Shown here: in pieces, positions 28,001 to 34,000 of the stretch | Position numbering within the stretch: the stretch's first letter is position 1 | Layout of the letters: each line of letters starts with the position of its first letter | NCBI GenBank assembly: GCA_022013385.1 | Contig: JAKLQJ010000119.1 | Span: forward strand, 1 to 36,474 | DNA: 36,474 nucleotides | Direction of reading: 5' to 3' | DNA from: Elusimicrobiota bacterium | GTDB lineage: Bacteria > Elusimicrobiota > Elusimicrobia > Elusimicrobiales > UBA9959 | The notes under the pieces: generated by a model | Seen by the model: only the letters and a program-made list of their open reading frames with translations | Database searches by the model: none | Told to the model about the DNA's origin: nothing | Made by a program: the position numbers and the translations under genes

Positions 28001-31000
28001 TGCCGCTTATGCCGTCACTGTCATCCGCCGGCAATGTAATAAGCGTTTGGGGAGCCACCCTATCCACATAAATTGTCATTGATGAGATACCGGGCGTAAA
28101 ATCATTTTGAATATTGCCCGCTACATCGGTTGAGCGAACCAAAACAAGATACTTCAAACCGCCTGTAAAATCGCTATCTAAACCCGCGGGAGCAAATATC
28201 CAGCTTGTGGCATCAGGAGATAAAAAACCATTGCCGGCATTAATATCAAGCCAATGAGGTTCGGCGTTTCCGTCATCAAAATCGGCTCCGCCATACCATA
28301 GATACTGCGGGCTTCCCCATTTTTGAACGGCTATCTGAATATTTTCGTTTTTATGATCGTCATAAGCCGTTCCGGATATGGAAGGAATGGAATTGATGCC
28401 GCTATTATTGGCGTCAAGCGGAACAAGTATTTTTAAAGCCGGCTTTGAACGGTCTATAGTAAAACTTATTTCGTTTACAAGGCTGATATTGCCGGCTTTG
28501 TCTTCCGCGTAAAGCTGAGCGGTATAACTTCTGTCGGTTTCCCATGTTTGTCCCGTTTGGAAATAATCCGTCGTATATGTCGCCAAACTCCCATTACCGG
28601 CGCCTAAATCGGTATAAGGACTTAAAGCCGTAAATGTGGATTGTTGCCAATTCCAATATTCGGCGGCTTCCTGCCTCTTTACCCTAAAATATGATTTTAA
28701 AATACTGCCGGGCGAAACATCGCTAACATTGCCGGACATTGTGGAAATACCCGTTTCATAAGCCTTATCGGGTTCGATTATTAAAACCACCGGCGCCGTT
28801 GAATCTATTACAAAAGTATTCCCGCCGACGGGAGTTTCTTCGGTCAGATATACAATGTTTGAACCTTTTGATATAACACGATATTTTCTGTTCACATTCC
28901 AGCTCGCCGCCGCTATGGACCAGCTCCAGTTGGGCGCGGCGAAAGCGTCAACGCCGATAAAATCATTAAATGTATTGGTTGAAACCCATGCCGCCCCATT
29001 CCATGCCAAATTATCATTACCCGTCAATTCCCCTAAATCCGGGCCAAAATCAATGATTTTTAACTGAACCGTGGTTGAATAAACCGCCGTCCCGTTTATA
29101 GATGCCACGCTCGCTTTCCAATGAGGCGTATTTATATCCGGATTTATTATTGTGGTTAGCGGAATAGGCGTTTTTAATGTGAATTCAATATATGAAGAGT
29201 CATCCGCCACAGCCCCCGGTTTTGAAACCTCATTGCCCGCTTGGTCCACCGCCTTGGCGAAAATCCGATAATTGATTCCGATTGTGTTTGTAATCCATGT
29301 GGGACTTGACGCGCCGGTGGCTTCCCATTTATCGCTCGGCAAAATCGTCGCGTCAAGGAAACTGCCTGCTTCCGAAACCAAATCCCAAGCGCCTGTCGCC
29401 ATATTCCAATATTTGCCGCCGCAAACATCGTTAACGCAATAATATGACACCCTCACCTTATCCAAAACTCCCGGAGCAAAATCCAAAGCCGAACCCTGTA
29501 TTACTGTCAAATCTTCTTGAATTGTGCTGCCGTTTGTCGGATATGTAATGGTTGAAAACGGAGCATCAAAATCCGCGACTACATTCGCCGCCGTTGAATA
29601 CACTATTTGGACATTGCCGGCTTTATCCGCGCCGTACGCGTCTATAGTATATACACTTCCCGTCTCCCACGGCGCCGCGTTTAAATACCAATATGTCCCC
29701 CCCGAACTTAAATAACCGTAATTGACAATATCGTTAAATACACTGCCGCCCACCCAATCATTAGCGAGACTTGACCACCATACGGCATCCTTCTTTATCC
29801 TTACATATACATTATCTATTGCTCCGGGCGATGAATCCTGCGCCGCGCCCGTTATCTTGCCTGTTTGCGAAATATATCCGCTTGATAGCGGATATACCAC
29901 CGTCGCGGTAGGGATATCTATGTCATAAATAAAACTGTTTGTGGACAATATAAGCTCGCTATTGGCGGCCTTGTCAAATGCCTTTGAAATAATTTCGTAT
30001 TCTCTGCCGGCTTTCCAAAAATGAATCGCTTCCAAACCCGATTGCGGGGTATCCCAATACCAATTTTCAAAATTTGAATCCCAAACACCGTCATTCGCGC
30101 TAGCGGAGGGAAGATTGTCTATCGCAGGTTCGGCGAGAGCCCAATCCTCAAGAATTTTGTCCCAGTAGTATGTTGTGCTTTCTCCCAAATCGGAATTAGG
30201 CAGCCGTCTTATATTTAATTTCGTTTCAGTTAATACGCCGCGCGGATTGTCAAGAGCGAAACCGCTTATGGAGCTAAACTTGTTATTGAGATGTTGGTCA
30301 TCGGCGGGTTCGTTAACCCCGGAATCCGGTTTTTCAGGATCAGCCTCATACACATCATAGGTAAAGTATACCGTAGAAAGAGAAATTTCATAGTTGTTTG
30401 CTCTATCCAAAGCTTTAGAGATTAACCTGTATTTCATTGTGTGTTGCCAGCTTGGACCGGTAAATGTCCATGTGCCCGAACTGTTTCCCACATAAACCGC
30501 GTCAAACCAGTGAGCGGCATCCGTTTGATCGCCGATATCCCATAATGCCGGATTGGGATTGCCGTTGTATGTTTTATTATTGTTTGTATCATAAATATGC
30601 GTTTTTACCGCCTCTACCCTGCGTATCGCGTAAATGCTGACATTATCATCCGCGGTGCCGGATATTACGGATAATGAGCTTTTATGCTCGCCGTCAGCCA
30701 CATTGCTTATTTTTGTTCTCGGCGCTGAAGCATCAAAATAAAATGTATGGCTCTCCGCCGAACCCAAATTACCCGTTCCCGCTGTTTCGGTAGCATCAAC
30801 CGCATTATCTCTTGCGCGAGTATGAACCCTGTATTCGGCATTGTCCGACATTTCACCCGTCGGCGGCATAGGAGCCGTCCATACCATGGGATCGCCTCCG
30901 ATAAGCGACGCTACCGGCCAAGTTGAAGGTTCCACTGTCTTCCATTCAATGCCGGTCCACCAACCTTCCGGTGCCGGGAAACCTCTTTCCACTATTCCTT

Positions 31001-34000
31001 CCACTTTATACAATCCGGCAAATAATCCGCCGGGTCCCGGATAATCTTTGGCCGTGCCGCTGATTGTCCCTAAGGAAGGTGTGGAAAGACAATCATTATC
31101 ATCAGGAAAGGTTAATTGGGAAACCGGCGCCGTATTATCAAATGTTATTGTTTTTTCCGCCGCCAAAGCCGTATTGCCCGCCGCATCATAAACGCGCGCT
31201 CTAATTGTATAAGTTGTCCCGCTTGTTAGCGAACCTTCAAAACCCGTATATGTCCACGGATTCACGGCCGCGGCCGCTACCCAGGTTGACGGATTATTAA
31301 CAAAAGCCGAACCGTCCCAATAATAGTTATCCGACAAGCGTTGAATCTGCGCTTCAACCTTATCCGGCCCGGAAATGCCATCCGCGGATGAGCCCGATAT
31401 GGCGGATAATTCTTTCAATGTCACGCCGCCGCTCTGCGGCGCGCCTATGGCGCAAGTGGGCGGCGCATTGTCATATATGAAACTCTCACCCGCGGCAGGA
31501 GCTTCACGGCCGCCGTTCAGGCCGTAAGCCTTGCTTCTTATCACATACTGATGCCCTGAAATCATCTTAGCGATAGGAGTCGTATAGGTCCAGGTCTGGA
31601 ATGTTATGCTGTAATTGGCATCCAGCCATTGTTCAGTATTGGCTGAAAAATTTGCGCCGTCATACCAAGTTGTTCCCAGAGTTAAATCCTCCATACTCAC
31701 CCAGACATCTGCGGAATCGGCTGAAGCGTTTCCCTTAAGTTGCGCAATGCCCGCGCCGTTGTAATAAGGATTGCTTGGCGTGGTTATGGCAGAGGTGGGA
31801 TAAGCTCCGATAGTAACTGTGCTTGCCAGCGTAGAATATCCGCCCCCAAGATTAGTTACCTTTAGGTCCCACGGCCCCGCGGTTGCCGTGAGCGCGACAT
31901 TAACTTCCGCTTCTATATGCTGAGCGTCAATAAATGTTACCGCGCTTACCGTGACCAAGCCGTATACAATATCCACACTGCATCCTTCCTGAAAATAGTT
32001 TCCTGTAATCAAAATAGCTTCTCCCACCGCTCCTTTGCCCAATGTGCTTGGCTCTATTGAAATTATTGCGGGTTTTGGGCCGACAGTAAAACCATTGACC
32101 GCCTTATATTTGCCGCCGTCAGGATTAATAATAGTTACATCGCCGAGACCTGTTGACGCGCCGATATCAATGTCCATTTGAACATCTATTTGTCCCGCGC
32201 TTTGATAAAAGACTTGGCTGACAGTAATACCGGGATTGCTAAACAGCGCTTGTGGACTTCCCCCGACATTACTGAAAGCCGAGCCATAAATGGAAATCCA
32301 TTTGCCGAGCACGCCTTGGTCGCCGATATTGGGGTCTATGGAAGAAACCTGAGGCCTCGCATTAACCGTAAAGCCGGCATAATTTCTGCCCGCATCGGAA
32401 TTTATAACGGAAATGGTCCTTTGGCCTTGAGTGGCTGTCGCTGAAATGGTTCCGATATGCACGGTAAAGGATGAAGCATGATAGGTATAGCTAGCAATTT
32501 CAATATCTAAGCCGAAATCCGCAACGCATCCCGATTGATATCCCGAAACAAAAGTTATGCCTATATCCTGTTCGGTTGCTCCCTGACCTCTATTGCTTGG
32601 GATTACTTGAGATATTATGGGAGGCGTATTCACGGTAAATGTGCTATAAACGGTATCGTATCCCTCGTCGGTATTCATTAATTTGATAAATTTACTGCCC
32701 ACCGCGGCATCGGTTGAGATATTTATGGTAACCTGCGCCGTAGCGTCATTTAGAAGGTTTGCCGAAACGGGATAAGGAAGTATCTTGCCGGTTGCTCCCC
32801 CTTCAAAATACGCATTCATTCCGGCAACGAAGTTTTCTCCGTATATTGTAATAACCGAATTTACTGCCCCCGCTCCTCTATTATCGGGTGCGGCATAGCG
32901 GAACTTTGGCCGCGGATTAACTGTAAAGGCGCTGCTTAATACATCCGAACCGCCGTCGGGATTGAGTATTGTAAGGTCCCTTGCCGCCCCGGTGGGAGCG
33001 GCGTCTGGGTCTATTGACACATTCACTATAATCGTATCCGGCACATACACGGTTACATTGTTTATCGTAATGCCGGTAGCAGGCGCAAATATAATATCGC
33101 TGACGCCAATCCCCGACTGAAAATAACCCCCGCTTACGGTAAGATTGTAATTTGACGCCAATTGCCCCAGCTTATTAGGCGTGAGAGAGACAAGGGACGG
33201 GGCCGCGTTTATATACAACATCTTGGAGACGCTAATCGTTTTTCCCTTGTCCGGATTTACTAATTTGATATACCTTCCGCCGACAGGGCAATCGCCGCTT
33301 ACCGAAACATCTAATGAAATAAGGTTTACGGCATCTCTGACAAAACCGTTTATCGTGATATTCGGGTCCTGCGTATTGCAAGAGGACTCGGTGGAAATTA
33401 TGATATCCGATATGCCCAAACCGGCTTGAAAATAATCGCCCGCAAGCCGTATATTTTGATTTGCCGTCCCTTGTCCGAGTTCATTATCCGTCCAGCCTGA
33501 AACCTCTGTCTGTATTTGGCTTAAAACCGGCCTGCTGCTTACGGTAAATGGTTGCCAGTCACTGGCGAAAATTCCTTGATCGGGGTTTGAAATATTTATA
33601 TCCTTCGCTCCCGTCTGAGCCGCCACATCAATATTAACCGTAACGGTAATGGAGTCCGGAACGAAGGTATAATCATAGCCGGACACATTTACAATCGTAT
33701 TTAAGAATTCAACACTACAGCCTGTTTGCAGATTGGCGCCATTTATCACAATATCCGCATTCTGCGCGTTTTGTCCTAGCTGAACGGGTTCGACAGTTGT
33801 AAATGATGGGCCATAATTTACATCAATTTGGTCGACCAAACTATCGGAGCCCCAGTCAAGATTGGTCACTTTAATATCATATACGACTAAAGGGTCGGCG
33901 GCCGGAGAGATATCCACCTGGCATTGCAATATGCCGGCCCCGAGAACGCTTGTCCAGTCAACGGAAATTCCCCCTTCGGGAAAAGAAGCTTGCGCGCCGG

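Larger units (their letters stand above)
1080..31804 (-). other. Array of about 81 Trp/Tyr-rich bacterial Ig-like (Big-type) repeats, ~110-155 aa each
   Basis: Recurring consensus D-x-x-x-P-x-S-x-I-x-x-P...I-x-GT[AS]-x-D...V-x-[IV]-x-I...YW-x-G-x-x-W...W...W-x-Y...Y-x-[IV]-x-x-[RK]A-x-D-x-AGN...F-x-[YFI]-D. I counted 81 units by hand using the F-x-x-D-x-x-x-P junctions, so the count may be off by a few. Confidence 0.85.
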
